A stretch of DNA of 63,743 nt from a virus (IMGVR_UViG_3300050014_000315:1-63743), one strand, 5' to 3'. Shown: positions 19,028 to 27,892, counted from the first letter of the stretch. Made by a program: numbers and translations. Notes: generated by a model from the sequence alone, not told the origin.

Positions 19028-20929
19028 CTAGTTGTAGAGTTGTTTGGCCCGCCGCGAACTCAATCGCGGGATGTAGAACGGTTCACCGCTGGCGCTCGCC
19101 GCGGCGAAATCAGCTTCCAATTTCTGCGCCACCTGGCACTTTACGTTCCCGTCCAGTTCTCCGCCGCGCATTCCCGCCACCATCGCCATCCGCTGCTCCA
19201 TCTGAACGCGCAACGGGGCTCTGATGGTTTCCTTGCTGTGTGAGAAGACGGCGTAGCGGAAACCGTCATAGACGTTATCCAGCGGATCTTCTTTAAGCTT
19301 CATTACGTCTTCGGGATTCTTCTCATCGCGTGCTCGGGTAAGCAGCGATTCAATGAGCATTGGGCAACAATCGTGGATCAAAACTCCGGGGAGCGTCTCC
19401 GGGCGAGACTGGCGCTCACAAGCATCCCGATAGTCCATCGCGCGGGAGGCATCCACCTGGAGTAGACGCATGAAAAGCTTCTGGTCAAATCGCTGAACCT
19501 CAACCGTGGTGATCGGCCACCATCGCAACAGCGACCGGATGTACTGGACACCCGCCACGCGCTGATTCGCGGCCTTGCGGACGATGATTCCGAATCGCTG
19601 CTGCTCTTCCATACGGGTGATGAACTCGCTCACGGTCCCTTTGTTGTCCGTGTAAGCCATTCCACTAACGGAGCCGACGCCTCCCACCCCGTCTTCAGCT
19701 AATACAATGGCCGACTGTGGCCCGAGTACATGAGCGATTCCCTGCCCGATTTGATCCGCGATGGCGCGCTGATCGTTCCGCTTGTCCCAAGCATCTGGCG
19801 AAAGGTACATTGTGATTACGCCAGAATCCAGACCTCGCAAATCTTCCAGCGTGGCTAGCGCGATCTCCGCTCCCCACGATTCAGCGCCCATGCCGGAGCG
19901 AACCATCTCCCGGTAAATGTGTGTGCGCTGATCGTCATTGTCGCAGCCCCAGTACACCGCGCCTTCGTGAGCATAACCCCAATCCATTCCGATGAAGCGA
20001 TTCAACCACGGGCTCAGAGTCTTCGACGGGATCACATGCCGCGCCTGCATGGGCTCTCCAACCATCGGGCCAGTAGCGCGAAACTCGGAAAGCATCAAAC
20101 CGGAGAGCGCATCCCAGTCCCCGTCTAGCATCGCGCGCCGCGTGGATGGGTCCAGGTCCAGTAGGTTCTTGATATATCCGGGGTCGTTTTTCTCCAACGC
20201 CGGGTTATCGGAAAGCCTCGCCGGGATGTAGATTCTGGTCTTCCCTGTGGCCTTATCGTTGATGCGAGTATTCGGCGGAACAACTGCTCCGCTGGCATCC
20301 TTCGCCTTGACGAATCGGTCGCGAACCCACCCATGGCCGGCGTTGCCTGGATTTGCCGTCAAGAGCGCCTGCGTCCGAAGCTCTGGGTATACGGATCGCA
20401 AACACGTTAGCACCATCTTGTACGACTTAAGGTCTGGTACCAACGTGGCTTCTTCAAGCAGTAGCCGGTGGAACTCCTGCCCTAAGTACTTCTCATAAGC
20501 GTCCTTATCGTCCAAATGGCCCAGGATGATTTTTGCCCCGGTGGGGAATTCGAACATCGCCAATGGGCGTTCACGAAACTCCGCTCCGATGGGGCCGTAG
20601 ATGCGCTTGGCTTTGTCGATCCAATCTCCCATGTCCGTCAAGTTGCGGCGGAGGACCAGCGCGCGATAGTTCGGATGATTGATATAGCTCACATCCGCCG
20701 GGCGCGTATGCGGTTGAAGGTTTCCGCTTACCAGCCAAACGATCCCTGCAGCGGTTTTTCCCCCGCCGCGGGCGCCTCCGTATAGGATCTCATCTTCTTG
20801 CGCGAGGAATACCGCCGTCTGGGGCCCGGGATGTGGACGCCAGAGTACGCTTACTCCCTCAGGCGCCTCATCGTTTACATTACCGATGATTGTTTGCGAA
20901 CGAACCTGTTGCTGCTTTTTTGCTGCCAT
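19028..20929 (-). CDS. terL: Terminase large subunit
   Basis: PHPGPQ, Walker A GGARGGGKT, LLLEEAT, TANPG, GMDWGY, YDGFRY. Confidence 0.95.
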   Translation of the reverse strand: MAAKKQQQVRSQTIIGNVNDEAPEGVSVLWRPHPGPQTAVFLAQEDEILYGGARGGGKTAAGIVWLVSGNLQPHTRPADVSYINHPNYRALVLRRNLTDMGDWIDKAKRIYGPIGAEFRERPLAMFEFPTGAKIILGHLDDKDAYEKYLGQEFHRLLLEEATLVPDLKSYKMVLTCLRSVYPELRTQALLTANPGNAGHGWVRDRFVKAKDASGAVVPPNTRINDKATGKTRIYIPARLSDNPALEKNDPGYIKNLLDLDPSTRRAMLDGDWDALSGLMLSEFRATGPMVGEPMQARHVIPSKTLSPWLNRFIGMDWGYAHEGAVYWGCDNDDQRTHIYREMVRSGMGAESWGAEIALATLEDLRGLDSGVITMYLSPDAWDKRNDQRAIADQIGQGIAHVLGPQSAIVLAEDGVGGVGSVSGMAYTDNKGTVSEFITRMEEQQRFGIIVRKAANQRVAGVQYIRSLLRWWPITTVEVQRFDQKLFMRLLQVDASRAMDYRDACERQSRPETLPGVLIHDCCPMLIESLLTRARDEKNPEDVMKLKEDPLDNVYDGFRYAVFSHSKETIRAPLRVQMEQRMAMVAGMRGGELDGNVKCQVAQKLEADFAAASASGEPFYIPRLSSRRAKQLYN

Positions 20930-20945
20930 TAGGCAATTCGCGTAT

Positions 20946-21137
20946 TCACTTTTCGCCGCGCCGCCTGTAGCTCATCTTCGGGCTGACTCGCTCAGGCAAC
21001 CCCTTCTCTGGGGTGGAAGCAAAATCGTGCATCTGTTGGTGAGTTAGCCCCCTCCCTACGCCTTCCGCTTTGGCCTGACCGGGGTTATGGTCTAGCCAGC
21101 CAAAGTAGCGTCTCTGCGCCTTGGAAACAGCCGGCAT
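20946..21137 (-). CDS. Small basic phage protein
   Basis: MPAVSKAQRRYFG...DFASTPEKGLPERV...MSYRRRGEK. Confidence 0.7.
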   Translation of the reverse strand: MPAVSKAQRRYFGWLDHNPGQAKAEGVGRGLTHQQMHDFASTPEKGLPERVSPKMSYRRRGEK

Positions 21138-21140
21138 ATG

Positions 21141-21449
21141 CTATCCCAGCCCCGCTCCCCGTCGAGCAAGCGCCGGGAACTTCGGATGCCCAGTGACTCC
21201 CCACGACAACGGGTATCGCAGAAAACCACTCTGCCTGCTGTCTCCCACCTGATCTCCTATCGTCCCAAGATCTGCTCCCCATGCGGGGCGCGGTCGGTCT
21301 GGCGCAGACTGCGGCGCTGCCATGACCACCCCCTTTCGCACCAGAACGAGGTATCCAGACTTCAGGTGACGTTCCGCGCTCCGTATGGAGATGAACCCAA
21401 GAGTCCCGTCAATCTTCTGTAAACGATAGGAACGGCTAGGTTTAGACAC
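21141..21449 (-). CDS. Hypothetical first gene of late operon
   Basis: 102 aa; GTG start downstream of the late promoter. Confidence 0.45.
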   Translation of the reverse strand: MSKPSRSYRLQKIDGTLGFISIRSAERHLKSGYLVLVRKGVVMAAPQSAPDRPRPAWGADLGTIGDQVGDSRQSGFLRYPLSWGVTGHPKFPALARRGAGLG

Positions 21450-21522
21450 GTGTGGATGTAACCTTTGGGAAGGGCGGGTGCGAGGATCAGCACCCGAGAG
21501 ATGAAAACCATCAGACGCCTAC

Positions 21523-21551
21523 AATATAGCGTTTAGATTCAACAGATGCAA
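21523..21551 (-). promoter_or_regulatory. sigma70-type promoter for late operon
   Basis: TTGCAT-17 nt-TATATT. Confidence 0.6.
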
Positions 21552-21580
21552 GGGGGATAATTTTCAGGATGAAATATCCC

Positions 21581-21616
21581 TTGCAATCTTCGCGGAGCCA
21601 TGTCACAATGGCTCCC
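21581..21616 (+). promoter_or_regulatory. sigma70-type promoter with palindromic operator over the -10
   Basis: TTGCAA-17-CACAAT; inverted repeat GGAGCCAT-GTCACA-ATGGCTCC. Confidence 0.6.
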
Positions 21617-21619
21617 GAT

Positions 21620-21769
21620 ATGCCAAACAAAAGTGAACCGCGTATTCACATTCGGATCGGGGATTCCCTGCTCCGAAAGCTGGACGAACTGCGCGTCAAG
21701 GAAGTCCCCCCGCCGAGTCGCCAAGCCATCATCCGGCGTATGATCGCAGCATGGAAGGAAACCAAATGA
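21620..21769 (+). CDS. Ribbon-helix-helix (CopG/Arc-like) regulator
   Basis: RIHIRIGDSLLRKLDELR...PSRQAIIRRMI. Confidence 0.75.
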   Translation: MPNKSEPRIHIRIGDSLLRKLDELRVKEVPPPSRQAIIRRMIAAWKETK

Positions 21770-22113
21770 AACGAACCCTACTCGCATTCGCACTTCTCGC
21801 CGCCACCGCGTTCCCTGCTGAACGCCACCTATGGCTGCTCACTCAAACCAATGTCACGGGCCTTCCCCAGACGAATACGGCGGCCACGCTGTACGGGGTT
21901 CAGGTCTTTTGCGGCTCCGACGATCCCGCCGTCACTGGATGGGATATCGCGATTTCCGTGTTAATGCCAAACGGCGAGCACCGCACGTTCACCGGACAGC
22001 TGAAGCGCCGAACGGATGGCCCCGATACGCCATACTCTGATATCTGGGTGGCGTGGGTTGGGGAGCGCATGGACTTCACGGTGGAGCGGCTGGAGGTAAC
22101 ACCCCATGTCTGA
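21766..22113 (+). CDS. Secreted hypothetical protein
   Basis: Signal peptide MKRTLLAFALLAATAFPA. Confidence 0.7.
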   Translation: MKRTLLAFALLAATAFPAERHLWLLTQTNVTGLPQTNTAATLYGVQVFCGSDDPAVTGWDIAISVLMPNGEHRTFTGQLKRRTDGPDTPYSDIWVAWVGERMDFTVERLEVTPHV

Positions 22114-22288
22114 TCCCAAGATATTCGAGCTACGCAAGAATGGATGCTTTGAACTTCTGATCCGCGCACAGGATTCTCTCGATGTGGTAATCATGGAAGC
22201 GATGGCAATTGCGGCGGCGAACAATCCAGCAGCAGTGAAGTTCTCCTACAAGGATGGCGTGGCGACAGTCACGGTGGAACGGCGATGA
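22106..22288 (+). CDS. Hypothetical protein
   Basis: 60 aa; RBS GGAGG; coupled. Confidence 0.55.
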   Translation: MSDPKIFELRKNGCFELLIRAQDSLDVVIMEAMAIAAANNPAAVKFSYKDGVATVTVERR

Positions 22289-22563
22289 AGACCCGCTACC
22301 CGGACCGCCGAGACAACACCTACGACTACATCACCGCACGCACAGGAGTCGTGCTCGGAGACTACAGCAGGACGAAGACGTGCCTAACGCATGGCGAATG
22401 GCCGGCGACCTCTCCAAACCAGGGGTGTCCGCAATGTAAGGCGATGAAACTGGACCCATTATGCCAATGCGGCCATCGCAAGTCGGAACACTGGCATGGG
22501 GCCGGAGGCGCAGAGTCTTGCGGCAAGCCAAACTGTAGGTGCAGAGGATTCCAGGGAAAATGA
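22285..22563 (+). CDS. Cys/His-rich hypothetical protein
   Basis: CLTHGEW...GCPQC; CQCGHRKSEH...CRC. Confidence 0.55.
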   Translation: MKTRYPDRRDNTYDYITARTGVVLGDYSRTKTCLTHGEWPATSPNQGCPQCKAMKLDPLCQCGHRKSEHWHGAGGAESCGKPNCRCRGFQGK

Positions 22564-22952
22564 CCACGATCTGCTCTAATTGCAACCCCATAACACGTGA
22601 CTCCAATCCGCCGACCTGCCGCGTGCTCTGCCTGAAGCGCGATGAACTCACCGCCCTCATCGCCAATCTACATGCCGGTCTGACCGTTGAACATGTCTCG
22701 GAGACGATGGAAGATCGCGTACTGAGTGATTCCCGCGAGGCAGTGGCTTTGGAAATCTGGGGATCGAAGAACTTGGCCGAACAGGTCTCCGCTGCCATAA
22801 TCCGCGTCCAGGACGGAAGCTACTACGGCTCCTGTACGGAATGCGGAGAGCCGATACCCAGCAAGCGCCTGGCTGCACTCCCATGGGCTTCTCTCTGCTT
22901 GGGATGCGCAGCGGAATGGGAGTGGGAGTGGGAAAAGTCATGCTCTATCTGA
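22560..22952 (+). CDS. TraR/DksA C4 zinc-finger protein
   Basis: AAIIRVQDGSYYGSCTECGEPIPSKRLAALPWASLCLGC. Confidence 0.85.
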   Translation: MTTICSNCNPITRDSNPPTCRVLCLKRDELTALIANLHAGLTVEHVSETMEDRVLSDSREAVALEIWGSKNLAEQVSAAIIRVQDGSYYGSCTECGEPIPSKRLAALPWASLCLGCAAEWEWEWEKSCSI

Positions 22953-23155
22953 AGCCGTCCTTCACCGTTCCTGCTGTTGATCGGATCATGCCCGGGACGT
23001 GCGAAAGGTGCGTCTACGGCACAGGAAGACACGCGGCGGCCTGTACGTCGTACATCTCTGCGTTCGATCGCATTGACGAGATTGTTGCATCCGTCGAGCG
23101 GCAATCTCCCATCCTTGAGCTGCTCGACCGTGCACGCCATGAGGGAGATCGGTGA
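22940..23155 (+). CDS. Hypothetical protein
   Basis: MLYLKPSF...CERCVYG; coupled. Confidence 0.5.
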   Translation: MLYLKPSFTVPAVDRIMPGTCERCVYGTGRHAAACTSYISAFDRIDEIVASVERQSPILELLDRARHEGDR

Positions 23156-23694
23156 ACGATTGGAAGCAACTTCTGAAAATTTTACACCGCTATGAGGTTG
23201 ATTTCCTTGTGGTTGGCTCCCATGCCATGGCCCACCATGGGTATACTCGCCCGACTGATGACCTAGACTTGTTTCTGCGCCCGTCAGAAGCCAACGCTAT
23301 TCGCGCAAGGTACGCCCTCGGAAAGTTCGGCGTGGACGTGACCAACGACGACCAGAGAAGGATTGCAGAACCCGGCTGCGTCATCCGCATCGGAGAGCCG
23401 CCTGACCGAATTGATCTCGCGACGTGCATAGACGGTGTGACGTTTGAGGAAGCGTGGGGCTCTAGATCCGCCGGCATGATGTTTGGCAAGCCCGTCAATT
23501 TCCTTGGATTTGATTGCCTGCTACAAAACAAGATGGCGAGCAAGCGGCCCAAGGATGCGGTGGACGCGGCGCACCTGATCGAATATCGGATGGCTAGTCT
23601 TCAGTTGGGAGTGGGGCTTACTAATTTGCACTGCGCCCTAGCATCCGACCACCCTTTCCACAGAAACGGCATAGGGGTTAAGCGGACTTCCTGA
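23152..23694 (+). CDS. Nucleotidyltransferase-superfamily protein (DUF6036-like)
   Basis: FLVVGSHAMAHHGYTRPTDDLDLF...NKMASKRPKDAVD. Confidence 0.8.
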   Translation: MNDWKQLLKILHRYEVDFLVVGSHAMAHHGYTRPTDDLDLFLRPSEANAIRARYALGKFGVDVTNDDQRRIAEPGCVIRIGEPPDRIDLATCIDGVTFEEAWGSRSAGMMFGKPVNFLGFDCLLQNKMASKRPKDAVDAAHLIEYRMASLQLGVGLTNLHCALASDHPFHRNGIGVKRTS

Positions 23695-24322
23695 GTATCC
23701 GCGCCACCACGTTCCGATGCCACGGCTTCCCGCCGCGCCCCACTCGCCCGCGCTGATTGAGTTCTCCCGCAACCGCTGTCGGGGTGGCCTTTTCACCAAG
23801 CTCCATAATCTCCGCCAGAATATCAGCCTCGCCGGGATAAAAGCCGTATGGTTTCTGCCCCTCACAGCGCCCGGTCTTCTTCTTCATCCGTTGCCGAGCG
23901 CCGCGAAGTTTAAGCACTATCTGAGCCCTTTCCCATTCGGCGATGCATCCGAAGATTTGGCGCATCAATACGCGCGTAGGATCGGTGGAGTCCAGGTCAG
24001 GTTCAGCGCAAGAAATCAGCGTCACACCGCGCTTGCACAGATCGGCAATAATGTTCTCTTGGGACATTAAGCGACGTGCTAGTCGGTCCAGGCGCTCGAT
24101 TACGATAATGCGCACGCCATCCAGTCCTTCGATGAGATCAAGCCACGCTGGCCTGGATTCCCATTCTGTTTTCCCGGATATAGCCTTTTCTTCGTACCAC
24201 CGCGCAATCTCGATATCATGGGCAGCAGCGTATGCTTCGATTGCAAGGCGTTGCCGCTCAAAACCATCTCCATCGATCTGGGCCACCCCAGAAACTCGGC
24301 TATAGGCACATGCTTTGGTCAT
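23678..24322 (-). CDS. Serine recombinase (resolvase/invertase family)
   Basis: AYSRVS, RLDRLAR, IAEWER, GQKPYG, C-terminal HTH-like segment. Confidence 0.9.
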   Translation of the reverse strand: MTKACAYSRVSGVAQIDGDGFERQRLAIEAYAAAHDIEIARWYEEKAISGKTEWESRPAWLDLIEGLDGVRIIVIERLDRLARRLMSQENIIADLCKRGVTLISCAEPDLDSTDPTRVLMRQIFGCIAEWERAQIVLKLRGARQRMKKKTGRCEGQKPYGFYPGEADILAEIMELGEKATPTAVAGELNQRGRVGRGGKPWHRNVVARILRKSA

Positions 24323-24326
24323 TGGT

Positions 24327-24551
24327 TCACCTGTCCCACCTTGCCCTAGCCGCTGATCGCGCGACATCCCTTCTGGTTTCACTTGAAACAGATGCCCGGC
24401 TCTTGCGGCCCATTGTTACTGCCGCCGGATCTTTAGCGGATTCGCGCTGTGCCTTGATCTGTTTCTTCACATGCGCCCATTCTTCTCGCGTCATAGGTAC
24501 AGGGCGCTTCCGCAAACTTCGAGTTGCGTCCCATCGTTCAGTAGTTGCCAT
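24327..24551 (-). CDS. Small basic putative DNA-binding protein
   Basis: KDPAAVTMGRKS...RRDVARSAARARW. Confidence 0.6.
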   Translation of the reverse strand: MATTERWDATRSLRKRPVPMTREEWAHVKKQIKAQRESAKDPAAVTMGRKSRASVSSETRRDVARSAARARWDR

Positions 24552-24557
24552 ACCAGA

Positions 24558-24602
24558 AGTTTATCCTAACGCTTGCATATTTGCAAGCGGAAAGCGTATA
24601 CT
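24558..24602. promoter_or_regulatory. Back-to-back leaderless promoters sharing a palindrome
   Basis: Minus TTGCAA-17-TAAACT-6-ATG(24551); plus TTGCAT-18-TATACT-6-ATG(24609); IR CGCTTGCA-TATT-TGCAAGCG. Confidence 0.7.
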
Positions 24603-24608
24603 GTGTCC

Positions 24609-25034
24609 ATGCACAAACAAAATATCGACCGCCTCGCCCGTGAGTTCTGGGAGCGGGTGGTAATCGCGTATGTCGGTCCAAATCCGAAGCTGGCTGGTGT
24701 TGCGGCTGACGAACTCACTGCCGAGTGGCGGAATCGGTTCGCGCTAAATGCCAGCCGGCCCGTGACATCGGACGAATCGTTTTCCGCCTCCATTGACGAT
24801 GCGCATAAACGCGCCATCGATGCCGCATATTGCCGCTCCGCCGAAGCCGAGCGTAAGCGGTGCGCCAGAATCGCGAAAGACGCCGAATCCTTATACGATA
24901 ACGCCTTAGGCGCGATCAATCATGAATCGTGGGGATGGGCGATGAACGAGATGGGTGAACCCACGCATGAGCAATGGACCGCCGCCGTGAAACATTTTAG
25001 AGAGATTGCGGCGCGCATTGTTAGCGGGGAATGA
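24609..25034 (+). CDS. Hypothetical protein
   Basis: Leaderless ATG; AERKRCARIA motif. Confidence 0.6.
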   Translation: MHKQNIDRLAREFWERVVIAYVGPNPKLAGVAADELTAEWRNRFALNASRPVTSDESFSASIDDAHKRAIDAAYCRSAEAERKRCARIAKDAESLYDNALGAINHESWGWAMNEMGEPTHEQWTAAVKHFREIAARIVSGE

Positions 25035-25255
25035 GCGGACGATGGCGTCCAGTTGAAACCGCATCGCACTGGATGTCGCTTCCAGGTTCGCCAGATTCCA
25101 TCGCTATCCGATAAGCCTCTCCCACCCCCACGGTCTCCCACATGGGACGGGCGATCTTGTCCAGTGCGCGAGTCTCAGCCCAGTTGGCAAGCTTGGCCTG
25201 GCTGGCGGTGATCTTCTGTGCGCTCATGATGTACGCACGGTTACTAGGCGGCGGA

Positions 25256-25981
25256 TCATGGCAGTTTCCCGTGGAACTTGGCATGGCACGGATGGCAAAG
25301 AACTATCAGATCCTTCATGTCCTCGCATCCGCGCCGCTCATATGTACGGTGGTGGACATTCAGCAGGCCGCCCTGGTTGCACAGTTGGCATTTGAACCAT
25401 GCCTGTTTCAGCTTTCTATTGCGAGTGTTGAGCCATTCCTCCGTAAGGAGGTATTCTCGATATGGCATTGAACGCAGGGCAGAAATTCGTTCGTCCTCTA
25501 CACGCCGTCGCTCTCTCCAGTCCTCGCTGCTGGCTTCCTGTTTTCTCTTTTCACATTCAAGGCAAAGTACGGGCAACTGGATGCGACGTTTCCTCGACAA
25601 TTCCGCAACGGAGCTGCGGCTGGCAAAGGGAACATCCGAACCGCACCCGTCACATGAAAACTTAGGGGCCGAGTCCCTAGGCAGGGTGGAGCAAAGCTTG
25701 CTGGCCGCCTTTGAATTTCCAAAGACGACGGATGCTATCGAAGACGCAGAAACGTCCGGCATGGACCAGTAGACTTTGCCAGCCCGGTCCAGCAGTTCTC
25801 CTTCAGGAGATTCCAACAGGAATACTCGTGCTACATCCTGAAGATCAGTCTTGCGGGATTCTAGCGCCGCGAGAGCCGCATCTACGGAATCCTGCGCAAC
25901 CCATAGAGCGTCGAGCGCTTCCGCAACGGATGGAGAAGCACCGGACGGAACCACATTCTCGTTTATTCGTTTCTCAAACAT
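25256..25981 (-). CDS. HNH endonuclease with zinc-ribbon N-terminal extension
   Basis: YREYLLTEEW...CQLC...VHHRTYE...LCHPCHAKFH. Confidence 0.85.
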   Translation of the reverse strand: MFEKRINENVVPSGASPSVAEALDALWVAQDSVDAALAALESRKTDLQDVARVFLLESPEGELLDRAGKVYWSMPDVSASSIASVVFGNSKAASKLCSTLPRDSAPKFSCDGCGSDVPFASRSSVAELSRKRRIQLPVLCLECEKRKQEASSEDWRERRRVEDERISALRSMPYREYLLTEEWLNTRNRKLKQAWFKCQLCNQGGLLNVHHRTYERRGCEDMKDLIVLCHPCHAKFHGKLP

Positions 25982-26455
25982 CTTGACTACTTCCTGTTTT
26001 TCCGCCTACAATGAGGCGTCAGACGGTAACGGATGACGCAGTCTTAATTAGTGAAACCCTCCGCCAAGTGCAGGCGACGCGACCGGCAAGCCGTGCTTCG
26101 TAACACGCCTTCCGCTCCCCGTTTTTGTCAATCAACGTCATAACACCCCCATTCTACCCCCGCCATACTCCATGGAACCAGATTCCCCAAAAGGGCATAG
26201 GGGGTCAACTCTGAAGGAACGGTGAAATGCGTAAGCGAATAATAGGCAACTAGCAGGCGATGGTACCAGAATCCGAAAACGGCCATACCGGGGGTCCGCT
26301 CCCTTCCTCCGGCCCTAGATACCCCCCCACTGGCCCTAGCGTGGCGCAGGCTGGCGCGCGTGCTCTTCGCTGGCACCTGAACCTACCATCAGGCGCGCGT
26401 ATCCTAGGGTATATCTAGGGCATCCGCACTCTATCTGTAGATTGGGTTCTCCAGG

Positions 26456-26989
26456 CTACTCGCAGGGTTCGGCGTCGATCACTCCATCCGGCTCACCTGG
26501 CGCGTCCAGCAGCCCTTGTGCGCGCGTGGTGATCTCTACAGGCATGACTGGCGCGGCAGATGGGACTATGAGCATCTGGCCCACATTGATCGTGGTCCTG
26601 CTGCCATCGCTGATCGCGCCGGTGACTCTCAGGCCAGCTTCAATGATTTTCGCCTGCGCCGTCAGGTAGCGCGCGCCCGCGTGCCATGCTGATTCGCCTG
26701 GCTGTTTGGACCGCTCGATACCCCACTGAGCCTCGGCAAATGATGATTCGAGCCGTGTCTCCCAGATGTTTTCGACTTGTTTTTGCCGCCTTTGCTCCGC
26801 TTGCTTCGCTTTCCGCTCCACTTCAGGGGAAGCCTTTGGAATCAGGTGGTTAGATCGATGTCGATACATTGCAGAGGGCGAAAACTTGTATGCTTCGGCA
26901 GTGCTCCGGTAGGATGCTCCGCTTGCGAGGGCGATATCGATGACCCTCCGATCAGGGCTGGTGCAGATGGAGCATTTAGGCTCTGTCAT
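26456..26989 (-). CDS. Putative terminase small subunit (HTH)
   Basis: CSICTSPDR...GASYRSTAEAYKFSPSAMYRHRSNHL; C-terminal TTINV...VIDAE. Confidence 0.55.
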   Translation of the reverse strand: MTEPKCSICTSPDRRVIDIALASGASYRSTAEAYKFSPSAMYRHRSNHLIPKASPEVERKAKQAEQRRQKQVENIWETRLESSFAEAQWGIERSKQPGESAWHAGARYLTAQAKIIEAGLRVTGAISDGSRTTINVGQMLIVPSAAPVMPVEITTRAQGLLDAPGEPDGVIDAEPCE

Positions 26990-27161
26990 GCCTTCAGTTT
27001 ACTCCATAATGTGTGCCGATTTGGCACAGTTTCACAGGTTGGCACACCACACTTTTAGCGTTGATTCCATTAGATTTAGGCTGGATTATGGCAATTTATC
27101 GACTTGGCACAGGGGTAGATCCCCTATATTTGTTTGCTATAACTTGCGGGCTTTTGGGGTT

Positions 27162-27177
27162 TGGCGCGTGCATTGCA
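27162..27177 (+). promoter_or_regulatory. sigma54-type promoter (-24/-12)
   Basis: TGGCGC-GTGCA-TTGCA, 35 nt before the ATG at 27213, which has RBS AGGAGG. Confidence 0.6.
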
Positions 27178-27212
27178 TTAGTCTCAGTGTCCGAACAATT
27201 AGGAGGCTGAAA

Positions 27213-27473
27213 ATGGTTGCAATCACCGGAAATACCTACCCCGTGAAAGACGCCATCAAATCCCTTGGTGGCCGCTGGAATCCAGATGCAAAATCCTGGA
27301 TGGTACCCGACGCGAAAGCAGACGCAGCGCGCAAACTGGTGGCTGGCGCACCAAAGAGCGCCTACGCCCCAGCGCGCAGCAGCAGCCGGTACTCTTCGCG
27401 CCGCAACCGAGATCACGACACCTGCAACTGTGATATGTGCCGCTCCGGCTCCGAGTGCCTATGCCGTTACTGA
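27213..27473 (+). CDS. Early small protein (GNTYPVKD..K.LGGRW family)
   Basis: RBS AGGAGG; recognisable phage motif. Confidence 0.75.
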   Translation: MVAITGNTYPVKDAIKSLGGRWNPDAKSWMVPDAKADAARKLVAGAPKSAYAPARSSSRYSSRRNRDHDTCNCDMCRSGSECLCRY

Positions 27474-27516
27474 ACGGCTAGTGTCGCAGCATTGGGTTTT
27501 ATACGAAGGGATCAAA

Positions 27517-27690
27517 ATGATTCAAGTTACCAATCTTTGCTACGACCGGCACGTAAACAAGACGTTCGCCGTTGTGCGGACGGCGGAATTCACCAACACA
27601 TTCTACGTGAGCGGGGAATGCACGGAGGAACAGTTTGCGGCATGGGTAATGCCCACTGTAGACCGGATGAAGGCAGAGGTGACGGGGTGA
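27517..27690 (+). CDS. Hypothetical protein
   Basis: MIQVTNLCYDRH; operon position. Confidence 0.5.
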   Translation: MIQVTNLCYDRHVNKTFAVVRTAEFTNTFYVSGECTEEQFAAWVMPTVDRMKAEVTG

Positions 27691-27694
27691 CGAT

Positions 27695-27892
27695 ATGACA
27701 TGGCAACCAGGTGACAGGGTATATTTTGTGGCGCAGCCGGAGCTTACCGGCACGGTCACTCGGGATCTCGAAGGGCCGGGATATTGGCAGTGCGTAGTGG
27801 ACCCAGACGACACGACGAAAGGGTTGCCGTTTCTCTTGGCTCGGGATTCCGAGCTTGAGTGCTATACCCGACCGGCGGAGGCGAAATCGTGA
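27695..27892 (+). CDS. Small SH3-like hypothetical protein
   Basis: WQPGDRVYF...GTV. Confidence 0.55.
   Translation: MTWQPGDRVYFVAQPELTGTVTRDLEGPGYWQCVVDPDDTTKGLPFLLARDSELECYTRPAEAKS

Noticed and set aside
25256-26126. HNH plus upstream hairpins as an IscB/OMEGA-type system
   Set aside because: No PLMP or split RuvC motifs; ordinary phage HNH near terS
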